Shown piece by piece: positions 1 to 12,245 of a stretch of DNA of 64,000 nucleotides. Below the pieces are notes generated by a model. It did no database searches, had not been told where the DNA came from, and saw only the letters and a list, made by a program, of their open reading frames with translations. Both the position numbers and the translations under genes were made by a program. This DNA comes from Eledone cirrhosa. Taxonomy: Eukaryota. Every line of letters starts with the position of its first letter. Positions within the stretch are counted from its first letter, which is position 1. The stretch covers positions 317,130,001 to 317,194,000 of the forward strand of contig OZ024741.1 in NCBI GenBank assembly GCA_964016885.1. Direction: 5' to 3'.

Positions 1-56
1 ATAAAACAGATATAAAGCATATAGGATAAAACAGATATTATAAAACATATATAATA

Positions 57-108
<52 letters not shown>

Positions 109-350
109 TTTTTTTTATTAACCACAAGGGTTTACGTAAAGTAGACATTAAGGACAGTACAGGACAATACAGGACGGTACGAATGGGCATTTCTGCGTGT
201 AAAAAAAACAGAGGATGTAATAAAATAACAAAGAAAGATTCCCCAATAGGGGGAGACTTCCGAGGGACATTTGTGGAGAAAGCCCATTAAAAGACCACAG
301 TGACCCTGACCACCAGGGCAAGTGCCCTCTCCCAGTTTTCCACCTTTAAT

Positions 351-3300
351 TTACAGACACTTACTCAGAGTAGGCCCATTCACTCGGGCCATACTTGCTT
401 CTCTCACCCATCTTTCAACAAAATGCTGGGAAGAGAGCACTTCCCTCTCTACCCTGATTTTCCTTTTCAAATGAAATTTGAAAAAGTTAATCAGGGTATC
501 ACCGAAGAGGTAAGTGCTCGTCTTCAGCCCTTTCAAACGTGTCCACCATACTATCTCTTTCACCATGGCCACCAGACAGATAAAAACTGTCTGCCCTTCC
601 CGGCTAAAGGAAGAGGGCGGGGCAATCCTCACGATGGACTCAGCTGATAGCTGGATCCGTCCTACACGTGACAGCAGGTGTTCGACATAAACCCACAAGT
701 CAGCAATGCTCGGACACTAGACGAGTGCGTGCAGGACGGTTTCATCGCCCTGCGCGCATCTCGGACATGCCCGGCTGACGGCACCTCCATGCCTGTAGAG
801 TTTATCCCGAACTGGCAAAGCTCCCCGGTAGCACTGCCAGGCCAGGGATTTCTGGTAGTTGTCCATAGGCCCCGGCCCGAAAGTCCTTCCGAAGTTGATT
901 TTCGTCGACGCCTAGAGTTTCTCCAAGTACGTCGTCGCTCTTCCCCTCCACTAATCCTCTATAGAACGCCAAGGTGGAGTTTGCACCGATCACATTGCCC
1001 GATTGGTCGAGGGCTGTGAGCGCCTGAAAACATTCCAGTCTCCAAGCGCTCCCTCTCGGTCTTCGCTTGACCCAGGACTGCAGCTCCGTCAAGGAGACGA
1101 GCTGGGGAAAGACGTGTCTAGCAAACGGCGACCACACCTGATCACCGTCGAGGAAGAGGTGGAGATGTCGTAGCCTGAGCGCGTGTCTGCGCATCATCAG
1201 CCACGGCATGCCCAGCCCTCCACGTAGCAGGTGTTGACAGCAGATGAACCCCCTGACCATCGGAGCGCGTCCATTCCACAAAAATCGAAAGAGCAAACGC
1301 TCCAGCGCAGTCAGGCGGGGCTTAGGACAAGGTACGACGGTCAGGCGGTAGTAGATGACGGACGCTATGTACGCGTTAGCCACCTCCGCTCGACCTTTCA
1401 GGGATAGCTTCCTCTCCGCCCATTTCTGGGTGAGAGAAGCCACCCTGCTCGTCACATCGTCCCAGTTTTTGTCAGTCTGGAGGTCCGGACCGAACCAGAT
1501 CCCTAGCAATTTAACCGGTCCGTCCGTCCAGCCCCCCGACGACGCTGTTGGACGGCATGGACCTGCCTCTCCAGGTGCCGAGCTGCAGGCCCACTGACTT
1601 TTCCTGGTTGATCATTGCCCCTGTCACCTCTTCGTATTCTCTTAGTGTAGTGCCGATCGCCTCGATGTGTTTGGCGTTCGACACCACTACGGTGCCATCG
1701 TCCGCATATTCTGACACGGATCTTCCGCATCCTAGTTCGCGCGGGACCCCCCTCAACGTCTCCAGTTTGTGCAGTAATGGCTCGAGAGTCAATACGTACA
1801 AGAGGGACGAGAGGGGACATCCTTGGCGGACCGAGCGCATGATGTTGAACGGTTCCGAAAGGTGACCGTTCGCTCTCACCACAGAGCAGATGTCGCTGTG
1901 CATGGCAGCGATCCAGCCTCTGAAGACGGGCCGGCCCAAAGCCAGCCGCCCTCAGGACTGCCGCTAGGTAACGATGGTCGACCCTATCGAAAGCTTTCGA
2001 CTGATCTAAATTGATCAAGGATCCACCCGTGCCAGGTTCCCTAGCTACCCTCTCTACGATGTATCGCATGAGGTGGAGGTTGTCGTGGATGGATCTGTCG
2101 GGAATGGCGCACGTCTGCCCTTCTCTCACCAGACCACCAACGACAAGCGCCAACCTCTTTGCTAGCACCTTGGCCAAAATCTTGAACTCTGTGTTTAGCA
2201 GAGTTATAGGCCTGAAATTATCTATGTTATCCCCCTTGTTCGGATCCTTTCTCAGCAGCGCCACAGCTCCTCGGCTCACAGAGCTGGGAATTCTCCCGTT
2301 CTGTTGCCAGTTGCAGTAGACGTCCGCCAAGAGGCCTCCGAACAAGTCTGGCATCTGTACGTAAAGTTCATAGGGAAGACCATCCAAACCAGGCGATTTA
2401 CCCCTTGTGCAGCCAGTCATTGCCTCCCGTACTTCAGCGGCTGTTATCGGCTTTTCGCAACACTCCGCCTCAGTGGCCGACAGCCGCGGCAATCCGTCGA
2501 GGTAGACACTATAGTCCATCCCTCGATCCGGCCCGCCGCTTCCCCCGAACAGCTGTGCGAAGTGTCTCTGATAAGCTTCACACATTTGCCGGGATCAAGT
2601 AGCATGCGCCCGTCGTGGTCCACCAAAGACCGGATCGTGGCTTTGTTTCCACGACGTGCCTCTGCCACTCGGGCCCATTGAACGGTTTTCGTCCCCTCGT
2701 GTCTGAGAGCACGCACCCTAGCTCTGACAACGCGGCCTTTGTGCTTTGCATTGAAGAATTGGTCAAGGGTCAATTTCGCCGCAAGTACGTCGGTCGCGAT
2801 GCCTTTGCTAAGCACCTCGTCTAATTTTCTAACTAATTCTCCCTCTGCTCTATTTTTCTCTATTGCTAAAGCCTTACTAAACCTAATAGACTCTATTCTA
2901 ATTGCTCTTTTCAGAGCAAACCACCACTTGTTGTTGACGATGGCCCCGTCAACGCTCGCTTAACTAGTTCGCTAATCCGGTCTCTGTAGGCCTTGCGCGC
3001 TGGTAAGGACGCGTTTAGCTTCCAGTAGCCGGGTCCTCGTCTATGAAGCCTATCTAAGTCAAGCACACAGATCACGAATTTGTGGTCCGTGTAGATGACT
3101 ATCTTGAATTGTGGACTGCCTATGCTATACCTATCTATTTCCCTATAAAATACTCTATCTAGATATGATCTGGATGACCCGATGCGATTTGTCCAAGTCC
3201 ACATTGGCACATTCGGGAAATCCAATCGGTACCTGTCAGACAGTTCAAAACGCTTGAGCAGATTGGTGAGACTCTTGCACCCTCCTCCCCTATCCACTAA

Positions 3301-3757
3301 TCCCACACAGTCCCAGCGTGCATCTAAGATCCCGTTCCAGTCGCCCACTAACACTAAAGAGCGGGACGTTCCAAGAAGGGTCTCCAGACGCCGGAAGAAA
3401 TCAGGCCGCCCTGCTCCTGTCGGGGCATAGACGGCCTCTAGCCTGAAAGCTTGCCCGTCTCCGCTGGTCATGTCCAGCACCACCAGCTTACCTTCTGGGT
3501 CCAGGAAGATGGCCCGTATGGCAAGATCCAAACCTCTCCGAAAAAGCACAGCAACTCCTCCCCCCGATCCCGATGGGAGATGCGTACACATCGTAGCCGC
3601 CGAAGATCGGTGCGAAGGCCCGTGCTTCGGAGATTCTGGTCTCGTTGATGGCCACTACATCTATATTTAGTGACCTGAGGTCGTTGAGCAGGTGGCCTTG
3701 CTTCCATGACGACCCCAAGCCACGCGCATTTATGCTGCCTATTCTGAGTGAGGTCAT
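351..3757 (-). pseudogene. Tx1 ORF2 (APE endonuclease, reverse transcriptase, C-terminal Zn finger), frameshifted
   Basis: Motifs SINARGL, VGDWN, YLDRVF, YTDH, PGLDG, QSKAFDRV, RQGCPLS and YADD are split across several frames. Small deletions versus copy B near 896 and 3570. Confidence 0.93.
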
Positions 3758-3791
3758 GTTGAAATGGAGTGGAAAAGATGGGAAAGACCAC

Positions 3792-5733
3792 TTACCTTAC
3801 TTCTCGTAGAGGAAGGACGGTTTCTCCATCCTTTTCACTACTTGTGGCCTCCTCAGGAAGGATGTCCTTATAAATACTCCTGGAGAGTGCTTGTCGGAAG
3901 TCTCCGATGTCTTTGGGGGAATTTTTGTTTTAGTGTCATGTACGTTTTCTGTGTGATGCGAGTGATTTGTATGTGTTGAGGTGGTGTGAACTTTTGGGTT
4001 GTTGTGTAGTCTTTTTCTGTGATGCTGGTGTTGTGTTGGATGTAGTGTAATAATTGGTTGTTGTTCAAATTTAATGCTGTGTAGTGTGTATCGTTTTGGT
4101 TGTTTTGTTTTGTTTGTGTTTGTTGTGGGTTTGTTTCTGTTTCGCTTTTTGGTGACTTTTGTGGTGTAGGTGATGGTGGTGTTGGGGTTAATGATGGTGA
4201 TGGTGTTGGTGTTTGGGGTGATGGAGTTGGTGATGCTGGTGTGGATGGTGGCATATCTGTCCTAACTTTTTTGTTTGATAGTTTATTTGTTTCCCTCTGT
4301 ATTTTGTTTTTGGAGGGGGAAGGAAGAGAATTTTTTCTTTTTTTGGTTTCTTTTTTTCTTTTTTCCTGATACCGTTTCCCACTCCTCGTCGTCACAATCT
4401 GTCTCCAGTTGTGATAGGCCGGGGAGTGGAAAATTCTCCACGGGCGTTAGTTTTGGTTGTGGCGTGGTGGATGGTGTAGGCGCTGGTGCTAGTTCTGAAG
4501 CGTTGGGTGGTGGTGGTGTTGGTTTTGCTACTGTTGCTGGGGTTGTTGCTGTTATAATTGCTTCTGTTGTTGCTGCTACAGTTGTTGCTGCCATCTCTGC
4601 TGCTGGTGGTGTTGATGGTTGAGTCACTGGGGTGGGTAGGAGAGGTGGCCCCAACCTTTTAGCCTGAGGGCAGAAAGCCCTTAGGTGGGTTCCTTCACCA
4701 CAAACGACACACCTAGGCCTTCGGCCCTCGGTAATTACGGTGAGGTGGCTGCCGTCAGTGAGGTCTATTACCTCTGGGATCTCCTCAATGTTTTTTTGGT
4801 CCGCTTGGATCAGGAGCTCCATCCCAGATCCGGACCAGTTCTCCTGCTTTTCTTTCGCTATTGCTATTATCTTGGTGTTGGCTTCGATGCCGGAGAGGAT
4901 GGCAGCTATTAGCCAGGGAATTTCGATGGCCGGTGGAACGTGGGTCACCCTGATCTTTACGAGTCTCTGGCCACAATAGCTTGGGACGAGTGTGAAGTCG
5001 TCACTTCTTAATGGGGCCATGGAGTGTTCTCTAACCTCCTCTGGTGTTTCAAAGAGCACGTCCACGGTTCCATACTTCTGCCCACGTCTGATGTGGGTTT
5101 TTCTTGCCCACACATGTCCCAAAGCTTTTTGGATTTGGGACTCGGATTCCCGTTCCACTGGGCGCGATTTTACATTAATTGTTCGATAAGACACGGTGCA
5201 TAGGCGCCGATGCTCCATTTTATTAGGTGGGGGAGTGAGGCTGACCCTGTACCCATCTTCTTTACCATTTTTTTGGCTTCTTCTAATTCCTCCTGAGTTA
5301 CCTGAAATGCTTCGCACTGTTTTGCTACTCTGGCAAAACTCAGGGTGGTTTTCTTAATGTCATTGTTGCTGTTGTTGTTATCGTTATTTTTGTTATTATT
5401 CATTTTAGTTTCAGTTGTGGTGGTGGTGGCGTCAGTGGTGTTCGGTGTGGAACAGTTCATTTTGGTTGAATTCATATCGACATCACGAGTTAATTTATTT
5501 TTTTCTTTTGTTTCTGTTGTCGCGGTGGTGGTGGTGGTGGTGGCGGCTTTAACACCTGCAGTCATCGGTAATGGCGGGAAATGAATGTCTGCCTGAGACA
5601 AATTTAAAATATTGCTACTGCTTAAATTTTTAGTGTTGGCAAACGTAGTAACATTTACAATGGTGGTGTCGGTGTGAGGTGTTAGTTTGTGAGGAAGGCT
5701 CTCAGCTGCTTGGTGCAGAGGTGAATCAGCCAT
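3792..5733 (-). pseudogene. Tx1 ORF1 (nucleic-acid-binding protein with CCHC zinc knuckle), frameshifted
   Basis: Frames 5170-5733, 4283-5317 and 3868-4395 align in order to copy B ORF1 (SFARVAK..EELEEAKKMV; QIQKALG; LVPSYCGQ; CVVCGEGTHLRAFC). Confidence 0.88.
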
Positions 5734-5943
5734 GATTTTTTCAAAGAAATTTTTTGATAATCATAAAAGTTTAAATTTTGGGCACAAGGCCTCAATCTTT
5801 TTGGGTGTCCTTTTCGGAAAACAATGTATGTGCGCTTATATACATTTAACAATAAAAATTTTCCATAAATGGCAATTTTTAACAAACGGAAACAACAAAC
5901 CTTTGCGGAGCTCACGATGATACGATTTACTACGTAGGTCGCC

Positions 5944-5976
<33 letters not shown>

Positions 5977-6115
5977 TGTTTCTACTTTTGGCACAAGGCC
6001 AGCAATTACCCAATGCATTACTGGTACTTTATTCTATCGACCCCGGAAGGATGAAAGGCAAAGTTAACCTCGGCGGGATTTGAACTCAGATCATACAGGG
6101 AGGTAACTCTATGCT
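5977..6115 (-). mobile_element. tRNA-derived SINE (family 1), 5'-truncated
   Basis: Matches the fuller copies at 44212 and 58746, retains box B (GAGTTCAAATCCC in sense) and ends in an (ATT)n tail. Confidence 0.85.
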
Positions 6116-6128
6116 TATAATAATAATA

Positions 6129-6167
<39 letters not shown>

Positions 6168-6168
<1 letters not shown>

Positions 6169-8455
6169 ACCAACAAACTGATTTGAGTATCACAGTTGAA
6201 ACTCTTAAGGGGCAGGCAAAAAACTAACCAACTGGAAATCACCAGGCCCAGATGGTGTGCAGGGGTATTGGATTAAAAATTTAACATCCCTCCACCCGAA
6301 ACTGACGGCCATGTTCAATGACTGCTTGGTGTCGGGTGAGGTGCCAGAGTGGTTGACAAAAGGTACCACAGTTCTGATAATGAAAGACCGAATCAAGGGT
6401 AATGATGTTACCAACTATAGACCTATCGCATGTCTGTCCGTAATGTGGAAACTGTTGACGAGCATTGTGTCTGAGGAAATCTACCATCACCTCCACACAA
6501 ACAACTTGTTACCGGACGAACAGAAAGGATGCCGAAAGAAGTCACGTGGTACAAAGGACCATTTACTTATTGATAAGATGGTAATGGGGAATTGCAGGAG
6601 GAGACACACTGATCTTGCCATGGGATGGATAGACTACAGAAAGGCATTTGACATGGTGCCTGACTCTTGGATCACCAAAAGCCTGGAGATCTTCAAGGTG
6701 GCAGATAACATCAGACAGTTGCTGGGCAGGAGTATGGGGTCCTGGGGGACAGAGTTGACATCAACTGGAGTATCCTTGGGAAGCGTGAAGATCAAGAGAG
6801 GTATCTTCCAGGGAGATATCCTGTCCCCTCTGTTCTTTGTCCTTGCCCTGATGCCCTTGACCATTATGCTGCGAAAAGTGAGAGCAGGATACAAGTTGGG
6901 AAAGGGAGAGCTTACCATCAATCACCTCCTCTTCATGGACGATCTACGATCTTAAGCTCTTCGGGAAGAGTGAGAAGGAGTTGGATGTGCTTGTTGACAC
7001 TGTCCGTATTTTCAGCAGTGATATATGTATGCAGTTTGGTATTAGTAAGTGTGGAGTCATTGTGATGAGGAGGGGTAGGTTGAGCAGAAGTAACGGAATC
7101 CAGATACCAACAGGTGAGATGATAAAGGAAATTGACTCTGAGGAAGGATACAAGTATTTGGGCGTTCTGGAGGTTGATGGCATAAAGAACAAAAAAATGA
7201 AGGAATTGTTAAGAACTGAATACATTCGGAGAGTAAGGAGCGTATTGAAGTCACATCTGAACAGCAGAAATGCCATAAGCGCAGTAAATTCCCGAGCTGT
7301 GTCTATTATTAGGTACAGTGCGGGAATTCTGAGATGGAATGTTGCTGAACAAAAAGAAATGGATAAGAAGACTAGGAAGCTATTGACTATCTACAACATG
7401 TTCCACAAGAGGAGTGATGTCGATAGACTCTACCTAAGGAGATCTGAGGGTGGAAGAGGTCTTATCAGCATAGAGGACTGTGTTCAGATGGAGAAAAACA
7501 ACCTATACAAATACGTGACTGATAGTAAGGAGCCAATGCTCAGAACTGTACTGAAGGAGGGGACAGTAGGCCAGGGGATGTCCAAGGAGGAAATAACATC
7601 AAGGAGAAAGAGCAGCCTTCAGGGAAAATCCCTTCATAGTACCTTCTTTGAGAGAACTGAATTTAGAGATCCACAGACATGGAACTGGTTGAGAAGAGGA
7701 GACCTCAAAAAGGCTACAGAAGGAATGTTAATGGCTGCGCAGGAGCAGGCCCTCAGAACGAAGTGGTTGAAACACCATATTTACAAGGAGGAGGCTAGCC
7801 CACTGTGCAGGATCTGTGGAGAGAGAGAGGAGACTGTGGCTCACATTGTATCCGAGTGTAAACACCTAGCCCAGACCCACTATAAGGGCTGGAGACATGA
7901 TGTGATGGGCAGGGTGATCCACTGGCACCTGTGCAAAGTAAACAATTTACCACATTCTGATAAATGGTATGAGCATAGGCCAGAGGCGGTGATGGAGAAC
8001 GATCAGGTGAAGGTGCTGTGGGATTTTAGGATACAGACGGACAAGAAACTGGAACACAATAGACCTGACCTGGTGGTTGTGGACAAAGAAAAAAGAGCGT
8101 GTCTGATTGTGGATGTGGCCTGCCCATTCGACACGAGAGTGCAAGAGAAGGAGAGGGAGAAAATTAACCGATACCAGGACTTAAAGTGGGAGGTAAAAAG
8201 GATTTGGAACTGCCATGAAGTCAAAGTGATCCCGATTGTCATAGGCGCACTAGGGACTATCTCAAAAAGTTTCCAGGAATGGTTAAAGAAAATTGGCCCC
8301 TTCACGCTTTTTGGAACGCTTCAAAAGGCATGCTTGCTGGGAACAGCAAGAACCCTCCGATACGTCCTGAATATCTGAGGCTGCAGGTAGTGGCTTGATA
8401 TTCATCTCAACAAACTTTCCAGTTAATTAACCTCAATGACTGAGACTCAAAGAAC
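6168..8455 (+). mobile_element. R4/Dong-clade RLE non-LTR retrotransposon, 5'-truncated
   Basis: RT motifs (SPGPDG, NYRPIAC, IDYRKAFD, IFQGD, LFMDD), CCHC CRICGEREETVAHIVSEC and RLE RPDLVVVD..VDVACP..EKINRYQDL. Flanked by (TAA)n on both sides, as known for Dong. Confidence 0.92.
6257..8378 (+). pseudogene. R4/Dong ORF (RT, CCHC, RLE) broken by one frameshift
   Basis: A 7-bp tandem duplication (acgatct x2, ~6939-6952) just at FMDD separates ORFs 6257-6955 and 6981-8378. Confidence 0.88.
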
Positions 8456-8529
<74 letters not shown>

Positions 8530-8790
8530 TTTCTTTATTAACCACAAGGGTTTACATAAAGTAGACATTAAGGACAGTGCAGGACAATGCAGGACGGTAC
8601 AAATGGGCATTTCTGCGTGTAAAAAAAACAAAAACAGAGGATGTAACAAAAATAACAATGAAAATAACAATGAAAAATTCCCCAATAGGGGGGAGACTTC
8701 GGAGGGACATTTGTGGAGAAAGCCCAGTAAAAAGCCACAATGACCCTGACCACCAAGGCAAGTGCCCTCTCCCAGTTTTCCACCTTTAGT

Positions 8791-11700
8791 TTACAGATAT
8801 ATACTCAGAGTCGGCCCATTCACTCGGGCCATTCTTGCTTCTCTCACCCATCTTTCAACAAAATGCTGGGAAGAGAGCACTTCCTTCTCTACTCTGATTT
8901 TCCTTTTCAAATGAAATTTGAAAAAGTCAATCAGAGCATCACCGAAGAGGTAAGTGCTCGTCTTCAGCCCTTTCAAACGTGTCCACCATACTATCTCTTT
9001 CGCCATGGCCACCAGACAGATAAAAACTGCCTGCCCTTCCCGGCTAAAGGAGGAGGGCGGGGCAATCCTCACGATAGACTCAGATGATAGCTGGATCCGT
9101 CCTAAACGCGACAGCAGGTGTTCGACATAAACCCACAAGTCAGCAATTTTCGGACACTGGACGAGTGCGTGCAGGACGGTTTCGTCGCCCTGCGCGCATC
9201 TCGGACATGCCCGGCTGACGGCACCTCCATGCCTGTAGAGTTTATCCCGAACTGGCAAGGCTCCTCGGTAGCACTGCCAGGCCAGAGATTTCTGGAAGTT
9301 GTCCATAGGCCCCGGCCCGAAAGTTCTTCCGAAGAGATTGGCTAGTTGATTTTCGTCGACGCCTAGAGTTTCCCCAAGTACGTCGTCGCTCTTCCCCTCC
9401 ACTAATCCTCTATAGAACGCCGAGGTGGAGTTTCCACCGATCACATTGCCCGATTGGTCGAGGGCTGTGAGCGCCTGAAGACATTCCAGTCTCCAGGCGC
9501 TCCCTCTCGGTCTTCGCTTGACCCAGGACTGCAGCTCCGTCAAGGAAACGAGCTGGGGAAAAACGCGTCTAGCAAACGGCGACCACACCTGATCACCGTC
9601 GAGGAAGAGGTGGAGATGTCGTAGCCTGAGCGCGTGCCTGCGCATCATCAGCCACGGCATGCCCAGCCCTCCACGTAGCGGGTGTTGACAGCAGATGGTC
9701 CGCCTGACCATCGGAGCACGTCCCTTCCACAAAAAGCGAAAGAGCAAACGCTCCAGCGCAGTCAGGCGAGGCTTAGGACAAGGTACGACGGTTAGGCGGT
9801 AGCAGATGACAGACGCGATGTACGCGTTAGCCACCTCCGCTCGACCTTTCAGGGATAGCTTCCTCTCCGCCCATTTCTGGGTGAGAGAAGCCACCCTGCT
9901 CGTCACCTCGTCCCAGTTTTTGTCCGTCTGGAGGTCCGGACCGAACCAGACCCCTAGCAATTTAACCGGTCCGTCCGTCCAGCGCCCGACGACGCTGTTG
10001 GACGGCATGGACCTGCCTCTCCAGGTGCCGAGCTGCAGGCCCACTGACTTTTCCTGGTTGATCATTGCTCCTGTCACCGCTTCGTATTCTCTTAGTGTAG
10101 TGCCGATCGCCTCGATGTGTTTGGCGTTCGACACCACTACGGTGACATCGTCCGCATATGCTGACACGGATCTTCCGCATCCTAGTTCGCGCGGGACTCC
10201 CCTCAACGTCTCCAGTTTGTGCAGTAATGGCTCGAGAGTCAATACGTACAAGAGGGACGAGAGGGGACATCCTTGGCGGACCGAGCGCATGATGTTGAAC
10301 GGTTCCGACAGGTGACCGTTCACTCTCACCACAGAGCAGATGTCGCTGTGCATGGCAGCGATCCAGCCTCTGAAGACGGGCCCAAAGCCAGCCGCCCTCA
10401 GGACTGCCGCTAGGTAACGATGGTCGACCCTATCGAAAGCTTTCGACTGATCTAAATTGATCAAGGACCCACCCGTGCCAGGTTCCCTAGCTACCCTCTC
10501 TACGATGTATCGCATGAGGTGGAGGTTGTCGTGGATGGATCTGTCGGGAATGGCGCATGTCTGCGCCTCTCCCACCAGACCACCAACGACAAGCGCCAAC
10601 CTCTTTGCTAGCACCTTGGCCAAAATCTTAAACTCTGTGTTTAGCAGAGTTATGGGCCGGAAATTGTCTATGTTATCCCCCTTGTTCGGATCCTTTCTCA
10701 GCAGTGCCACCGCTCCTCGGCTCACAGAACTGGGAATTCTCCCGTTCTGTTGCCAGTTGCAGTAGACGTCCGCCAAGAGGCCTCCGAACAAGTCTGGCAT
10801 CTGTACGTAAAGTTCATAGGGCAGACCATCCAAACCAGGCGATTTACCCCTTGTGCAGCCAGTCATTGCCTCCCGTACTTCAGCGGCTGTTATCGGCTTT
10901 TCGCAACACTTCGCCTCAGTGGCCGAGAGCCGCGGCAGTCCGTCGAGGTAGACACTAAAGTCCATCCCTCTACCCGGCCCCCCGCTGCCCCCGAACAGCT
11001 GAGTGAAGTGTCGCTGAAAAGCTTCACACATTTGCCCGGGATCGAGTAGCATGCGCCCGTCGTGGTCCACCAAAGACCGGATCGTGGCTTTGTTGCCACG
11101 ACGCGCCTCCGCCACTCGGGCCCATTGAACGGCTTTCGTCCCCTCGTGTCTGAGAGCACGCACCCTAGCTCTGACAACGCAGCCTTCGTGCTTTGCATTG
11201 AAGAATTGGTCAAGGGCCAATTTCGCCGCAAGCACGTCGGTCGCAATGCCTTTGCTAAGCGCCTCGTCTAATTTTCTAACTAGTTCTCCCTCTGCTCTAT
11301 TTTTCTCTATTGCTAAAGCCTTACTAAACCTAATCGATTCTATTCTAATCGCTCTTTTCAGAGCAAACCACCACTTGTTGTTGACGATGGCCCCCGTCAA
11401 CGCCCGCTTAACTAGTTCGCTAATCCGGTCTCTGTAGGCCTTGCGCGCTGGTAAGGACGCGTTTAGCTTCCAGTAGCCGGGTCCTCGTCTATGAAGCCTA
11501 TCTAAGTCAAGCACACAGATCACGAATTTGTGGTCCGTGTAGCTGACTATCTTGAATTGTGGACAGCCTATGCTAGACCTATCTATTTCCCTACAAAATA
11601 CTCTATCTAGATATGATCTGGATGACCCTATGCGGTTTGTCCAAGTCCACATTGGCACATTCGGGAAATCCAATCGGTACCTGTCAGACAGTTCAAAACG

Positions 11701-12210
11701 CCTGAGCAGGTTGGTGAGGCTCTTGCACCCTCCACCCCTATCCGCTAATCCCACACAGTCCCAGCGTGCATCTAAGATCCCGTTCCAGTCGCCCACTAAC
11801 ACTAAAGAGCGGGACGTTCCAAGAAAGGTCTCCAGACGCCGGAAGAAATCAGGCCGCCCTGCTCCTGTCGGGGCATAGACGGCCACTAGCCTGAAAGCTT
11901 GCCCGTCTCCGCTGGTCACGTCCAGCACCACCAGCTTACCCTCTGGGTCCAGGAAGATGGCCCGTATGGCGAGATCCAAACCTCTCCGAAAAAGCACAGC
12001 AACTCCTCCACCCGATCCAGGACGGCTGGGAGATGCGTACACATCGTAGCCGCCGAAGATCGGTGCGAAGGCCCGTGCTTCGGAGATTCTGGTCTCGCTG
12101 ATGGCCACTACATCTATGTTTAGTGACCTGAGGTCGTTGAGCAGGTGACCCTGCTTCCATGACGACCCCAAGCCACGCGCATTTATGCTGCCTATTCTGA
12201 GTGAGGTCAT
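8791..12210 (-). CDS. Tx1 ORF2p, 1139 aa: APE endonuclease, reverse transcriptase, zf-RVT-type Zn finger
   Basis: Open frame with SINARGL, ISETR, VGDWN, SYLDRVF, YTDH, GYWKLN, SPGLDG, FRPITLLN, LDQSKAFDRVDH, RQGCPLS, AYADD and CPRCAQGDETVLHALVQC. Confidence 0.97.
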   Translation of the reverse strand: MTSLRIGSINARGLGSSWKQGHLLNDLRSLNIDVVAISETRISEARAFAPIFGGYDVYASPSRPGSGGGVAVLFRRGLDLAIRAIFLDPEGKLVVLDVTSGDGQAFRLVAVYAPTGAGRPDFFRRLETFLGTSRSLVLVGDWNGILDARWDCVGLADRGGGCKSLTNLLRRFELSDRYRLDFPNVPMWTWTNRIGSSRSYLDRVFCREIDRSSIGCPQFKIVSYTDHKFVICVLDLDRLHRRGPGYWKLNASLPARKAYRDRISELVKRALTGAIVNNKWWFALKRAIRIESIRFSKALAIEKNRAEGELVRKLDEALSKGIATDVLAAKLALDQFFNAKHEGCVVRARVRALRHEGTKAVQWARVAEARRGNKATIRSLVDHDGRMLLDPGQMCEAFQRHFTQLFGGSGGPGRGMDFSVYLDGLPRLSATEAKCCEKPITAAEVREAMTGCTRGKSPGLDGLPYELYVQMPDLFGGLLADVYCNWQQNGRIPSSVSRGAVALLRKDPNKGDNIDNFRPITLLNTEFKILAKVLAKRLALVVGGLVGEAQTCAIPDRSIHDNLHLMRYIVERVAREPGTGGSLINLDQSKAFDRVDHRYLAAVLRAAGFGPVFRGWIAAMHSDICSVVRVNGHLSEPFNIMRSVRQGCPLSSLLYVLTLEPLLHKLETLRGVPRELGCGRSVSAYADDVTVVVSNAKHIEAIGTTLREYEAVTGAMINQEKSVGLQLGTWRGRSMPSNSVVGRWTDGPVKLLGVWFGPDLQTDKNWDEVTSRVASLTQKWAERKLSLKGRAEVANAYIASVICYRLTVVPCPKPRLTALERLLFRFLWKGRAPMVRRTICCQHPLRGGLGMPWLMMRRHALRLRHLHLFLDGDQVWSPFARRVFPQLVSLTELQSWVKRRPRGSAWRLECLQALTALDQSGNVIGGNSTSAFYRGLVEGKSDDVLGETLGVDENQLANLFGRTFGPGPMDNFQKSLAWQCYRGALPVRDKLYRHGGAVSRACPRCAQGDETVLHALVQCPKIADLWVYVEHLLSRLGRIQLSSESIVRIAPPSSFSREGQAVFICLVAMAKEIVWWTRLKGLKTSTYLFGDALIDFFKFHLKRKIRVEKEVLSSQHFVERWVREARMARVNGPTLSIYL

Positions 12211-12245
12211 GTTTAAAATAGAGTGGAAAAGATGGGAAAGACCAC

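Larger units (their letters stand above)
108..5943 (-). mobile_element. L1/Tx1-clade non-LTR retrotransposon, copy A, apparently full length but frameshifted
   Basis: ORF2 fragments are near-identical to the intact 1139-aa ORF2 of copy B. ORF1 fragments carry a CCHC knuckle. The 3' end reads CCCTTGTGGTTAATAAA then (ATT)n in sense. Flanked by (AAT)n at 57-107 and 5944-5976. Confidence 0.95.
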
